Made by a program: the position numbers and the translations under genes. Positions 1 to 11,798 of a DNA stretch of 64,000 bases are shown here, one piece after another. The notes under the pieces were generated by a model that did not search any database, was not told the DNA's origin, and saw nothing but the letters and a program-made list of their open reading frames with translations. Positions within the stretch are counted from its first letter, which is position 1, and the number at the start of each line of letters is the position of its first letter. Origin of the DNA: Azolla caroliniana (Eukaryota; Plantae; Polypodiophyta); NCBI GenBank assembly GCA_043228905.1, contig JBHGNT010000003.1, forward strand, positions 17,732,001-17,796,000, read 5' to 3'.

Positions 1-1029
1 GTTAGGACATGGATATTGGAGTTATGTTGAAGGAGCAAATGACGCAACACCGGATTCAACACACAAAGATTTTTCGTCTTGGGAACAGTTGACAAGTACA
101 GTTCTCTAATGCTTCACATCGAGTGTCAGTGATAAACTATTGAGCTACATCTAGGATGCCAAGATGCCAAAGGAGGCTTGGGGAAATCTGAAGAAGATAT
201 TTGGCTCAAGCACCACATCTAGAAAGCTACAACTCAGATAACATCTTAGCAACGTCCAGCAAAGAGATATCTCGGTGGCTGATTACACTTCCCAAATCAA
301 AGACATCTATGATTCACTTGCCTCCATCTAGATGACCATCTAGGAGGACGAAATGGTGCATGTCTGTCTTGGAGGATTGGCACAGATAATTCCGGACAAC
401 AGTCTACACGAGAGAAAATACAACGTCATTCTTCGAGTTGCAATTGATGCTTCTCGTAGAAGAGAACCACATGGGTATGTCGACGAGTACACACGCCGAC
501 AACAAGATGTTGTACACAGAGGAAGATATGCCCCGGAATCGTGGTCCATGAGGCGGGTCGACATGCAATTGACGGGGCCAGCAAGAGCAAAACCGAAGGC
601 ATAATCGAAATGTTGATAGCAATTTTGGACCCTCCAGAAATAGGGGGATCAAGGTAGTGCCAGAAATCGGTAAGGAAAGGCCAATATGGAATGCTGGTGC
701 TGTGGCAAGAAAGGACATCGGGAGAGCGAGTGTTGGAAGAAGCGCGCCGGCTTGGACAAATCCATATCCGGCAAAGCCGGACAAGGGAGTCGACAAAGCT
801 CCCACTATGCCGAAGGTTCAGAAGGATCCGGAACCGGAAAGATTGGAAATGGATCGGGCCCAACCTTTGTGATGATGCACACGGCTAATTCGATGAAGAC
901 AAGCACCTCGAAGTCGAACCAGGTGTGGTATGTTGATTCCGGAGCATCGAACCATATGACGAGCAAACCGGAACAATCGGGAGTCGTCGAAACCGGTGAT
1001 GACACCCCACATACCATCGAACACGTCGA
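1..1029 (+). pseudogene. gag: copia A gag and aspartic protease remnant
   Basis: LGHGYWSYVEG gag motif at the window start; CCHC knuckle and VDSGAS protease motif in ORF 686-1039; homologous to F (11912-16400) and K (56170-57200). Confidence 0.9.
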
Positions 1030-1690
1030 TGTCATGTGATTTTTCACACACGATAAGAAAAGTAATGAAATAATTATTTAGGTTAGCGTAAATGTCTTAG
1101 TATGAAAGATGGACGTCTTCAAGAGCTTCCAAACACATTTTACTACATATGAAACGGATAACTAAGTATCAAGTTATATGACTATAAAGTTTGAGAAGAT
1201 GAGTAAAACAAAACTGTGAGATATCCCACATAGATAGGACAATATCTGTTCTAGCAGTATATAAGCAGAGGCAAAACTCATTAGTTCATATCTATGTGTT
1301 TGGAGCATAGAATGATCAAGGTGATTTGGGTTGAATAGAATGCAATTGAACATTAAGGGCCATCATCAACAAAGAACTCCTTATATATTCCACTTGTTTT
1401 TTCTCCATCTTTGGGGGGGGCTTCTTCTTTTGATTCTTTGGGAAAACAATCTCTCATATTTCAGATCGAACCACTCCTTATATGATTGCCGAATCCTTTC
1501 TTTCAAAATTATCTCTCATTTTTATATCCAATCCGTTGTAACACAATTCTTATATTATAAAAGAATCTATTATTTTGATATAAACGAATGTTTTCTTTCA
1601 CCTATGTGTCTTATGTGTAAAACTTGCTTGTGTTGTACGAGTGAGCTCTAAATCCTTCCAATCCATAACCCCGGCGGTTCCGCCTCACGA
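1030..1690 (+). mobile_element. solo LTR (gypsy, TGTCRTG-starting lineage) inserted in copia A
   Basis: Starts TGTCATGTGATTTTTCACAC, resembling the 6034 LTR start. It interrupts the copia frame between EHVD and PLNHDRHKGKLMNV. It ends ...CCTCACGA, apparently missing the terminal CA and the right TSD. An alternative end is CATGACA at 1707. Confidence 0.65.
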
Positions 1691-2474
1691 TCCCCTAAAC
1701 CATGACAGACACAAGGGGAAGTTGATGAATGTCCTACATGTCTTGACAATCACAAAGAATCTAGTGTTGGTTGGACAAATTGTCAATCAAGGAATGCAGG
1801 TCCGATTCACTCATCTTGGGTATTTCATCGAAGAAGAAGGCAAAGTCATTCCACAAGGGTGCCGAGAAGGGAGGATGTTCATCCTTGAAACAAATGAAGT
1901 CAAAACCACAATGTTTGCAAAAGGGCAAAAGGTTGAGTTGAACATCAACCTATGGAACAAGCGGTTCCGCCATATCAACTTCCCATGACTTCGGGAGTTG
2001 CAGGCAAAGAACACTATTTTCGGACTATTGAAATTCAGAGGCCAAAATGGCCAGGTCTGTGAAGCCTGCGAGTTAGGGAAGCAACACCTACTTCTATTCC
2101 CTAATGAGCAAAATCGGAGTCGGAATAAGCTCGATTGAATCCATTCAGATGTTTGGGGACTAACATAGAATGTGAGCATCAGAGGGAGCCATTACTTTGT
2201 AACCTTCATCGATGATTACACTCAGCACACTTGGGCGTGCTTGATCGCAAAGAAGAGCGAAGTCTTCACTTGCTTCCTGAAGGTGAAGAGCCTCGCCAAA
2301 TGGGAAAGCGGCAGAAAAATTAAGTGCTTGAGGTTCGATGATGGAAAAGAGTACTTTTCCGACCAGTTCTTGAGTTATCTGCAAAACGAAGGAATTCGAC
2401 GAGAATTCTCTTGCAGATACACACTAGAGTAGAATAGTGTAGCTGAGCGGACGAATCAGACCATAGAGGAGGAG
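1691..2474 (+). pseudogene. pol: copia A GAG-pre-integrase and integrase core remnant
   Basis: NLWNKRFRHINF, CEACE.GKQH, HSDVWG, YFVTFIDDY and KIKCLRFDDGKEY motifs. Confidence 0.9.
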
Positions 2475-4433
2475 GTCGAAGTCAAGGGGGAGGACTACTT
2501 ACTTTTATTATGGGAACTGTCGGCATTTCTAAAAAGAGAAAGGGGTCAATACCACAGATCCGAAGAAGAGTTTGGATCAAAACGGTTCGGACTGGAGAGG
2601 TCTGGATCGAAAAGGAACGTTGGTGATCGCGACAAGTGAAGAAGAACTGTTGCTCATCACTGAGGAGAATGAGTTAAACCTTGTTGGCAACGAGACAATG
2701 TGGGTTGTCGATTCTGGAGCATCGTTCCACCTGACACTGGACCAAAGATGCTTTTCATGCTACACAACTAGACATCATGACTGTGTCCGGATGGGGAATG
2801 AAGGTACATGCTGAATTGTCGGCATAGGAGATGTGTTGTTGATGATATCAACCGGATGCAAGTTGTTGTTGAAGGATGTCCGACACATCCCGGAGGTTCG
2901 GTTGAACCTGATAACAGCCAGTCGACTAGATGATGAAGGCTACACGGGCAACATCTGGAACAGAGTAATGAAATTCAGCAAAGGAAGTCTGACAGTGGCC
3001 AGAGCCCGGAAGATCAACACATTGTATCTGATGCATCTAACACTACCGGTGAGGTGTGGCACAAGAGACAGTGTCATATGAGCCAAAAGGGGATGAGAAG
3101 ACTTGCCGAAGATAACTTCATTCCGGAGGTAAAAGACATGCATCCTGAGAAGTGTACTGATTGCTTGGACAACAAACAAAAACTAACCTCCTTTCGGTCA
3201 AGACCACCGATGAGACGGAATGCACCATTGGAGTTGGTGCATACCAATATGTGTCAAGTGGACACGAAGTCACATGCCGGATCGCAGTACTTTGATACGT
3301 TCATAGATGACCACATCCGGAAGCTGTGGGTCTCACCGTTGAAGACAAAGGATCAGGTGATGTCCGTCTTCAAGGAGCTCCATGCGAGAGTGGAAAGGGA
3401 AACCGGCCAGAAGCTAAAGGTGGTTCAAGCAGATAACCGAGGCGAATACTGGGGACAGTTCGAGGAGTACTGCCGGTCAAAGGGAATCCGGCTCGAATTC
3501 ACCGTGCCAAAGACGTCGGAACTGAATGGGCTGGCTGAACGAATGAACCAAACCATAATGGAGAGAGTCCAAAGCATGCTAGCACATGCCAGATTACCCA
3601 AGACATTTTGGGTTGAGGCGCTGATGATGATGACCTATGTGATAAACAGATCACCCTCAGCACCCTTGGAAGGAGACTCACCGTAGAAAGTATGGACCGG
3701 TAAAGATGTATCTTACCGGCATCTGAAAGTGTTTGGTTGTCTCTCCTACATGCATGTCATGAAGGACAAGAGAGAAAAGTTGGATCCGAAGTCCAGGCCA
3801 TGCATATTCCTTGGATAAGACGATGATGAATTCGTTTATCGAGTGTGGAACCTAGTTGACAGAAAGGTTTTTTGGAGTCAAGACATAGTTTTCATAGAAG
3901 TTAAGACCATGGCCGACTGGGAATCGGAGAAGAAGATGATGGACTCCAGATTGATCGACAAAAACTGGCTTGAGGATATAAGGACTTACTCGGTAACCGG
4001 ATGGCACTCGACAAACCGGCCTATTTCGAACAAGAAGAAGAATCAGACACCGGAACCGGTCAAGACCCCGAATCAGATTTAGATTCAGAACAAACGAAGG
4101 AACCAGTAGTGGAATACCAAGGACAGAGATACCCTCTCAGAGAGAGAAGAGGCCCATGGAGATTTTCGGGTGCAAAGCACGTATTGCTGACCGATGACGG
4201 GGAGCCGGAAAGCTTCGAAGAAGTAAAGAAAGACACCCATAGCCGCAAGTGGTTGAATGCCATGTAGGATGAGATGGATTCCCTACATGAGAACCACACA
4301 TAGGAACTGATGGAGTTGCCAAAAGGAAAGAGGGCACTCCGGAACATGTGGGTGTACAAGCTAAAACCGGGAGACGCCGGAAATCCACCAAGGTATAAGG
4401 CCCAAATCGTGGTGAAGGGCTTCCAGTAGAAGA

Positions 4434-4788
4434 AAGGAGTGGACTTCGATGAGATCTTTGCCTCGGTATTAAAGATGTCATCCATCTGGATAGTGTTGAG
4501 CATAGCAGCAAGCATGGACCTTGAGGTTGAACAACTCGATGTTAAGATGACATTCCTCCACGGGGACATCGAGGAGGAGATCTACATGCAACAACCAGAA
4601 GGATTTGATAAGGAGTGGACTTCGATGAGATCTTTGCGCCGGTATTAAAGATGTCATCCATCTGGACGGTGTTGAGCATAGTAGCAAGCATGGACATGAG
4701 GTTGAACAACTCAATGTTAAGATGACATTCCTCCACGGGGACCTCGAGGAGGAGATCTACATGCAACAACCAGAAGGATTTGATAAGA
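4434..4788 (+). repeat. ~176-bp tandem duplication within copia B RT
   Basis: AAGGAGTGGACTTCGATGAGATCTTTGC...CCAGAAGGATTTGATAAG occurs at 4434 and again at 4610. Confidence 0.92.
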
Positions 4789-6273
4789 AAGGGAAGGAGC
4801 ACCTGGTGTGCCGCTTGAAGAAGATCTTATACAGACTGAAGCAAGCTCCTTGGCAATGGTACCGAACGTTCAACTCCTTCATGACCGACCAAGGGCACCA
4901 GAAGACGCAAGCTGACCATTGCGTGTCTGTGAAGAAATTTGATGGAGACGACTTCCTGATACTCGTACTATATGTGGACGACATGGTGATCGTCGGACAA
5001 GACCAATTCAAGATCTGAATGGTGAAGAAGGCTCTGAATCAGACCTTCTCAATGAAAGATTTGGGTTTGACAAGACAGATTTTGGGGATGCACATCATCC
5101 GGGATCGGTCGAAGAAGCTGTTGTGGCCGTCACAGGAGAAGTATGTGACAAAGGTGCTTCAAAGGTTCAACATGTCGGAGGTGAAACCGGTCGGATCGAC
5201 ATTTCCGGTAAATTGCAAGTTGTTGGGAAAGCAGAGCCTGAAGACCAAGGCAGAGAAGTCGGATATGACGAAGATACCATATGCCTCTACCGTCGGAAGC
5301 TTAATATACGAAATGGTGTGCACCGGACTGGATATTGCATATGCTGTTGGAGTAGTCAACCAGTTCATGAGCAATCCGGGAATAGAGCACTGGAACGCGG
5401 TCAAGTGGATACTCCGGTATCTGAAAGGCATCTCGAGTATGTGTCTCCAGTTTGGCTTCGATAAACCCCAACTTGACAGATTCACGGATTCGGATATGTC
5501 GACTGATGCGGATACCGGCCGGTCTACATCTGGATATGTCATGACCTATGCAGGGGAAGCTGTATCGTGGCAGTCAAGACTGTAGAAGTCCATTGCACTG
5601 TCGACAATGGAAGCGGAGTACATAGCAGTTGTGGAAGCTAGCAACGAAGTAATTAGGATGAAGGACTTCATAGGAGAGCTAGAAATTCGGCAGGAGGAAT
5701 TGTGGCGCTATTGTGATAGTCAAAGTGCCATCTACCTTGCGAAGAAAGCGGCCTACCATTCCCGCACGAAGCACATCCAGCGGAGGCATCGTTGGATCCG
5801 GGAGACAGTAGAAGATCAAGACTTTGTGTTGATGAAGATCCACAAGGAGTACGGGTCGGATGTGTTGGATGCGTGCCGAAGACGGATCAGATTAACGAGA
5901 AATCTCATGCTGGAGAGAAGGGGGAGTTTGTTGGGAATTTGGTCCCTCTGGATGGGATCCAGAGGAGCCGGATCGGATGAGCTGGATGAAGGAATCCGAT
6001 CCGGAAGGGTTCCGGAGGAGACCCGGATACCGGTGTCGTGTGAATCTTCTCACACTATGTAAAAAAATAAATAATAAAATAAATACTTTATATTAGCTTA
6101 ATGACATGTTATAGAAGATGGATGTTTGAGAAGATAGAGAAAATAGAACTATTATTTATCTCACATAGATAGGAAACTTAAGGCCCTGGCTATATAAGCA
6201 CCTTTCATTTTCATTTGTGCTAAGAGCACTTTGGCCACTTTGTCTTGATGGATGATGGTGGCCAAGTTCCCAA

Positions 6274-6600
6274 AAACCGGAAACCGGCCGGTAAGCAAAA
6301 CCAGAAACCGGTCGGGAAGCAAATCGGAACTGGCTGGTAAGCAATCCAAAACCGGGCTGGTAAGCAAAACCAGAAACCGACCGGGAAGCAAACCGTAACT
6401 GGCCAGGAAGCAAACCGGATTTGGCTGGTAAGTAATTCGAAACTGGCCGGTAAGTAATCCGGAACCGTCCGGTAAGCAAACCGGAACCGGGCCGGTAAGC
6501 AAAACCGAAAATCGACTGGTAAACAAATCGGAACCGGCGGCGGCAATCGGTGATTGAACGGAACTGGCAACCGGACGAGGCTGGATACAAACCGAACGGA
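6274..6600. repeat. degenerate tandem array (ACCGG...GGTAAGCAAA units) inside the solo LTR
   Basis: Repeated AAACCGG/GGTAAGCAAA motifs; the overlapping minus-strand ORFs are repeat artefacts. Confidence 0.85.
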
Positions 6601-7033
6601 TAAAAGGATCATGTGGCTAATTAAAGTAAAGTAAAGGGAACTAAAGTAAAGGTCATGTGGACGGTCACATGCAACTAAAAGAAAAAGCTATGCAACTAAA
6701 AGTAGAGGCCAGGCCACAAAAAGTGGACATGCTATGATCAATGGAGAACTCCATATATATTCCATTTTTTTCCCTATACTCATCCTCTCTCTAGATTATT
6801 ATTTTTCTTTTCCTTCTCAACTCCCTTATCTTAGGGAAGCCATAACTCTCATAAACTCTAAATTCCCTACGGAAGCCATAACACTCAAAAACCCTAATTT
6901 CCTTACGGAAGCCATAAACACTAAATTTCCCTACGGAAGCCATATCTCTCAAAATCTAAAATCTCTTATCAAAGCCAAAAACCTTAAATTTCTATTGAAT
7001 CCATATTTAGTTTCTTCTAATCTATTATTCTAG

Positions 7034-7285
7034 TAATCTCCATAAGCTAAACTTTTGTAATCCCAATCTTGGGATTGATTGTAATCTTTCTTTTTAATTG
7101 TTAATGAAAATTGTCAATCTTTCTTATTTCGGCTAATTCTTAATCTATTTGATATTCTCAAACCCCTAATTTTTCTTTTATATTAATCTCCATAAGCTAA
7201 ACTTTTATAATTTCGATCTTGGGATTAATTGTAATCTTTCTTTTCTATTTATTAATGAAATTTGTCAATCTTTCTCATTTTCCAT
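7034..7285. repeat. direct duplication (~100 bp, period ~150) inside the solo LTR
   Basis: TAATCTCCATAAGCTAAACTTTT...TTGTCAATCTTTCT at 7034 and 7184. Confidence 0.8.
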
Positions 7286-8759
7286 TAATTGTTTAATATA
7301 ATCATACGAATCTGATATCTTCCGGTTGGAGGCCTCGAGGTCCTGCCTCAAGTTCACGTGTCCTCGTCGTATTTCCGTGACACCGGATCGAGTGAATCTA
7401 GATGGATTCGGTGCAAACCGGATCCAAGGACATATGTGTAAATCTGTTTCATGGTGAGCCTATTCAGGCTATATTTGTAAATAGCCCAAAAGTCATATAA
7501 GTGTAAATATGATTTAGGGCAATCACTTTAGTACATGGTGTAGTAGTTGTTGCTAGTTGTATCATCATTGTACACCTAGAGTGCGAGAGAGAGAGAGATA
7601 CAAAACTAGTTTTTTGTTGTAACTGCCGGTTGGCAAAGACATAGAGCTCAAGGTCATTGCCTCTGAGTCTCTCATTGTATTCTTCTGTCTCCTATAGTAA
7701 TAGTTGGATCTTGTGGGCTCCCATGGTTTTTCCCGTTTGGGTTTTCCACGTAAACATCCAGTGCCATCCGGTTTCAGTTTTTTCTCTTCCATTCGTTGTT
7801 TAAGACTTGGTTGTGGCCGAGCGGTATTTCCTCATAGTTATGTGTATGTTCATAGATGATCAAATCACGTTCTAGGAGTTTTTAGAAAGTTCTAGAACTA
7901 GATGATTTTAGAGTCTAGAATATTCTCCAAAATATTCTCAAGAATATTCTAATGCATGTACTTCAACTCATAGTATAAATCCTTGTAACCTCCTTGGTCC
8001 CTTTGAAGGGATTCAACACCAGTCATTGACACATTTGTCTAGTATTCTCGTTTTGCCTCATCTTTGTCTCCTTAATCTTTATTTCTATCTTCATGCCCTT
8101 ATGTCGCTCACAGCATCTAGAGTTCCTAGCCTTGTCACATCTAGCTCCAAGTTCATCTGTCGCTCATAGCCCCATCGTCTGTGCTCCATCCTAGTTCACG
8201 CTTGGTGTGTCAGTGACAAATTGAATCATTTCCAACTGGAAATACCACCCATCTTCATCGTTGCCTTTTCTTTTAGAGTTACCATCATCACCGTCCTTGC
8301 TTCCAGAGTTACCATCATTAACATCCTTGTCTTCGACGTCATCATTTTGAGCACCTCTTCGCCCAACCATCGTCGTCATCAATACTACTTGTCATCATTT
8401 TTAGGTATCATTTTGCATCACGATTTCGGTGAGGAGTGCTTTCGATCCCTCACCTTCCCAGTTCCGGTGAGGGTCACAACCGCTCACTTTCCTAGTGTGG
8501 ATCAGATCATTGCTCGCTTTCATTGGATTTTTGTTATAGTTTAGTCTCGCGCCATTTTCTATTAGTGAGGATTGTTTTCGATCGCTCACCTTCTATTTTT
8601 GGTGGGGGTCACAACCACTCCCTTTCCTGGTGGGGATCGTGTGGGTTTCTCGCTAGCGCTACTGTTTGTGATGTGTCTTGGGTGAATCTCGACTATTTAC
8701 CCTCTCATAATAGAAGAAGTCGAGTTGACCACTTCACTTGCACTCCTTCGCCTGTTGTT

Positions 8760-9670
8760 GATCCAGTTCTCGGTGAGGGACGCATGGTCACTCACGTCCG
8801 TTCGTGTTTAGTTCTCGGTGAGGACCACATGGTCGCTCATGTTCGTTTGTGTTCCAGTTCTCGGTGAGGGCAGCATGGTCACTCACGTTCGTTCGTGTTC
8901 AGTTCCCGATGAGTATCGCAAATGGTCGCTTACGTATGTCTGTGTTCTAGTCTTCGGTGAGGGCTACACATGGTCGCTCACACCCTTCGGGTTCTAATAC
9001 CCGATGAGGACTGTACATGGTCGCTCACACCCGTCGGTGTTTCAATCTCTGGTGAGGACCGCACATGGTCGCTCATGTCCATTGGTGTTCTAGTCTCCGG
9101 TGAGGACAACATATGGTTCCTTACGCCCATCAGTGCTCCAATTTGCGTCCACCCATACACCACGCATTTTTACGGGCATGAGCGACCATGCGGCCCTCAT
9201 CAGGAGCAGGAACACGAACGATGGTCACTCACATGACCGTTTGCCATTGTTCGTGTTCCAGTTCCCGGTGAGGGCCACATGGTCGCTCATGCCTATTCGT
9301 GTTCAATTCTCGGTGAGGGCTGCATGGTGTCTCACGCCTTGTGTTTTCGATGACTACCGCACATGGTCGCTCACGTTCCAGTTCCCGATGAGGGCCACAC
9401 ATGGTCACTCACTCGTGTTCGTGTTCTAGTCTCTGATGAGGCCCGCATATGGTCGCTCACTCCAGCTATTGTTCGTGGTCTAGATCCCGGCGAGGACCGA
9501 CATGGTCGCTCATGCCCGTTGCTCTTCATGTTCCACTTCCCGGTGAGGACCACACATGGTCGCTCACGTCCGCTGGTGTTTTTGTGCCAACTCTCGGTGA
9601 GGACTGACATGGTCTCTCATGCCCGTTGGTGTTCGTGTTTCCAGTGAGGACAATACATGCTTTCTCACAC
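8760..9670 (+). repeat. tandem minisatellite, ~40-46 bp unit (GTTCCCGGTGAGGRCCACATGGTCGCTCAC...), roughly 20 copies
   Basis: GGTGAGG...CATGGTCGCTCA recurs throughout; one unit is inverted at ~9178-9225. Confidence 0.92.
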
Positions 9671-9754
9671 CCACCACTTCCCGTTCACCCCTACACCGTG
9701 CTTTCGAAAAGGCGGTCGTAAAGAGGAGGATAATGTCACAGACATGACAACATT

Positions 9755-9828
9755 TATGTCAAGATTTGAACTCTTGACCTCTTGTATTATAGTCAAGTAT
9801 TATATTGTAACCAACACATCCAATGTAC
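9755..9828 (-). promoter_or_regulatory. degenerate tRNA-like Pol III A/B-box module in D LTR (antisense)
   Basis: Minus strand TGGATGTGTTGG...GAGGTCAAGAGTTCAAATCTTG, ending ~20 bp from the LTR 5' terminus. Confidence 0.45.
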
Positions 9829-10206
9829 TTGTGTTATGCATATCTTCATAGGTTATCTATTCCCATTCTAGGAGTTTTTAGAAAGTTCTAGAACTAGAAG
9901 GTTCTAGAATATTCTCCAAATATTCTCAAGAATATTCTAATGCATGTACTTCAACTCACAATATAAATACTTGTAACCTCCTTGGTCCCTTTCAAGGGAT
10001 TCAATACCAGACATTGACACATCAATCTAGTATTCTCGTTTCGCTGCATCTTTGTCTCCTTGATCATTCTTTCTTTCTTCATGCCCTCATATCACTCACA
10101 ACATCTAGAGTTCCTAACCTTGTCACATCTAGCTCCAAGTTCATCCATCGCTCATAGCCTCATCATCTCTGCTCCATCCTAGTCCGCAGTTGGTGTGTTC
10201 ATGACA

Positions 10207-11212
10207 AGTATACAAGGTAAAATACAATGCTAACGGTTCGATCAACCGGTACAAGGCCTAACTTGTGGTGAAAGGATATGTACACACCCGCATAATTGAC
10301 TACGACAAGACCTTCGATCTAGTAGCAAGATGATGACGGTTTGTGTGGTGTTGGCAGTCGCAGTGGCGAGGGGTTGGCATCTTCACCAAATGGACATTAA
10401 GGAGATCTTGAAGAACGGGTATATATGATCCAACCTCCCAGTTTTCAGTTAGAGATAAACAAGTCACCAGTGTGCCGACTCGAGAAGTCGCTCTATGGCT
10501 TGAAGCAAGCCCCCCGAGCCTAGAATTTGAAGATCATGCACCAGTTGCGTAAGATGGGGTTTGCGGCCTCAAAGTCTGACTCTTTGTTGTTCATCCGGAA
10601 GGGTCCGACCGGCCGGTATGCATTGTGCTATATGTTGATGACTTGGTTGTCACTGGGCTTGACCTCATTGAAATCGACCAAGTGAAGTCCCAACTATCGG
10701 AAGCATTTAGAATGAAGAACCTGGGGGACCTTCATTACTTCCTCAGGATCGAAGTGCTCCACACCACCGACGACATATTATTGTCACAAAAACACTATGT
10801 ACTGAATATGCTATACAAGTTTGGCATGACGGATTGCCGACCGGTCTCAACACCCTTGGACTGGAATTTGAAGTTACGTCTCGAATCCGGACTAGCATGC
10901 AACGAGAAACGGTTTCGACAAATTGTCGGAAGCCTTGTATATTTGACAATCACCCGACCCAACATGAGCTATCCGGTCGGAGTGATCAGTTAATTTATGC
11001 AAAAGCCGACTATCTAACACTTTCAATGCACACACCGACTATTGAGATATGTAAGCGGCACTAAGGATTGGGGACTCTTATACCAAAATGGTATAATTGA
11101 AAAACTAGTCGGTTATACAGATGCCTATTAGGCCGGAGATGCGTTGGATCGCCGATCAACATCCAATTTCATGTTTTCTCTAGGGAGCATAGTTGTTGCG
11201 TGGATCAGCAAG
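10207..11212 (+). pseudogene. pol: copia A reverse transcriptase / RNase H start remnant
   Basis: ORF 10625-10993 LYVDDLVVTG...LGDLHYFL; GYTDA; continues as WSSK|KQ across the G insertion. Confidence 0.9.
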
Positions 11213-11786
11213 TGTCATGAACATCGACTTGAATGTGAACCTTAGGCCCTTGCATATATATATATCTCCCCTAGATAAACTTTAGACTTCAAACCTTTGT
11301 ATAAAGAGTGGTATGTAAGACTCAGTATGTAATACTCAGTATGTAAGACTTGGCATGCAAGAATTAGTATGCTTGAGGGGGCGTGTTGAGAATCAAGCTC
11401 AACTTGGTCTAGTGTGTGAACTCACGTTGAGAGTGAATAGACACTCCAACGGTCAAGAGTCACCATTATGTCACCACTTTGTATTCTAGCATTTAGTATG
11501 AGTCATAGAATCATATTCTATGACACATAGCTTATGAGCTTTCACATTCCCCATGCTCCATGAGTCTTGTAGTTAATGAAGAGAGAGGGTGACTATATAA
11601 AGTACCCTCCTCCCACCTTGTATAATGTTGAATCTTTCTCCTTTGTTAATATACTTTACCTTATGTATTCTCTGTGTCTTACTCCTTGTCTCTCTCACTC
11701 ACTCTCACTCACTCTCCCTCTCTCTCTCATACACACACAGTTCATATCTATTCCGCTGCATAGAATCAATCTCTTGATTCTTTACA

Positions 11787-11798
11787 TGGTATCAGAGC
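11787..11798 (+). promoter_or_regulatory. primer binding site (tRNA-iMet) of copia F
   Basis: TGGTATCAGAGC directly abutting the LTR terminal CA. Confidence 0.92.

Larger units (their letters stand above)
6034..7382 (+). mobile_element. 1.35-kb solo LTR inserted in the 3' LTR of B
   Basis: TGTCGTG...CGTGACA termini; 4-bp TSD CCGG (6030-6033 / 7383-7386); no coding capacity; internal repeats. Confidence 0.8.
2475..7834 (+). mobile_element. Ty1/copia element B (Tnt1/Tork-like, 5'-deleted), related to C
   Basis: Decayed zinc knuckle at ~2480; WVVDSGAS protease; integrase ORF 3054-3686; RT (LYVDDM); RNase H (YCDSQSAI); PPT GGAGAGAAGGGGGAG at 5912-5926; 3' LTR TGTTGGGA at 5929 to ...TTCCTCA at 7834, split by the 6034-7382 insertion. 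Confidence 0.88.
7835..10206 (+). mobile_element. non-autonomous gypsy/chromovirus-derived LTR element D
   Basis: 5' LTR remnant 7835-8218 (ends GTGACA) matches the 3' LTR 9734-10206 (TGTCAC...CATGACA); PPT AAGAGGAGGATAA at 9721-9733; no pol ORF; copia A RT (VYKVKYNANGS) resumes at 10207. Confidence 0.85.

Noticed and set aside
1670-1690. Helitron 3' end (GGCGG-TT-CCGCC hairpin)
   Set aside because: No CTRR terminus or A/T target; the 5' end matches an LTR family start.
6156-6612. Three overlapping minus-strand ORFs of 121-144 aa
   Set aside because: Artefacts of a stop-free tandem repeat within a solo LTR.
8760-9670. CRISPR-like repeat-spacer array
   Set aside because: Units are degenerate along their whole length with no unique spacers; eukaryotic LTR context; no cas genes.
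11225-11250. tRNA-like B box in G LTR (minus strand GGTTCACATTC)
   Set aside because: Position fits the pattern of E and D, but the match is weak and no A box is evident, so it was not counted.
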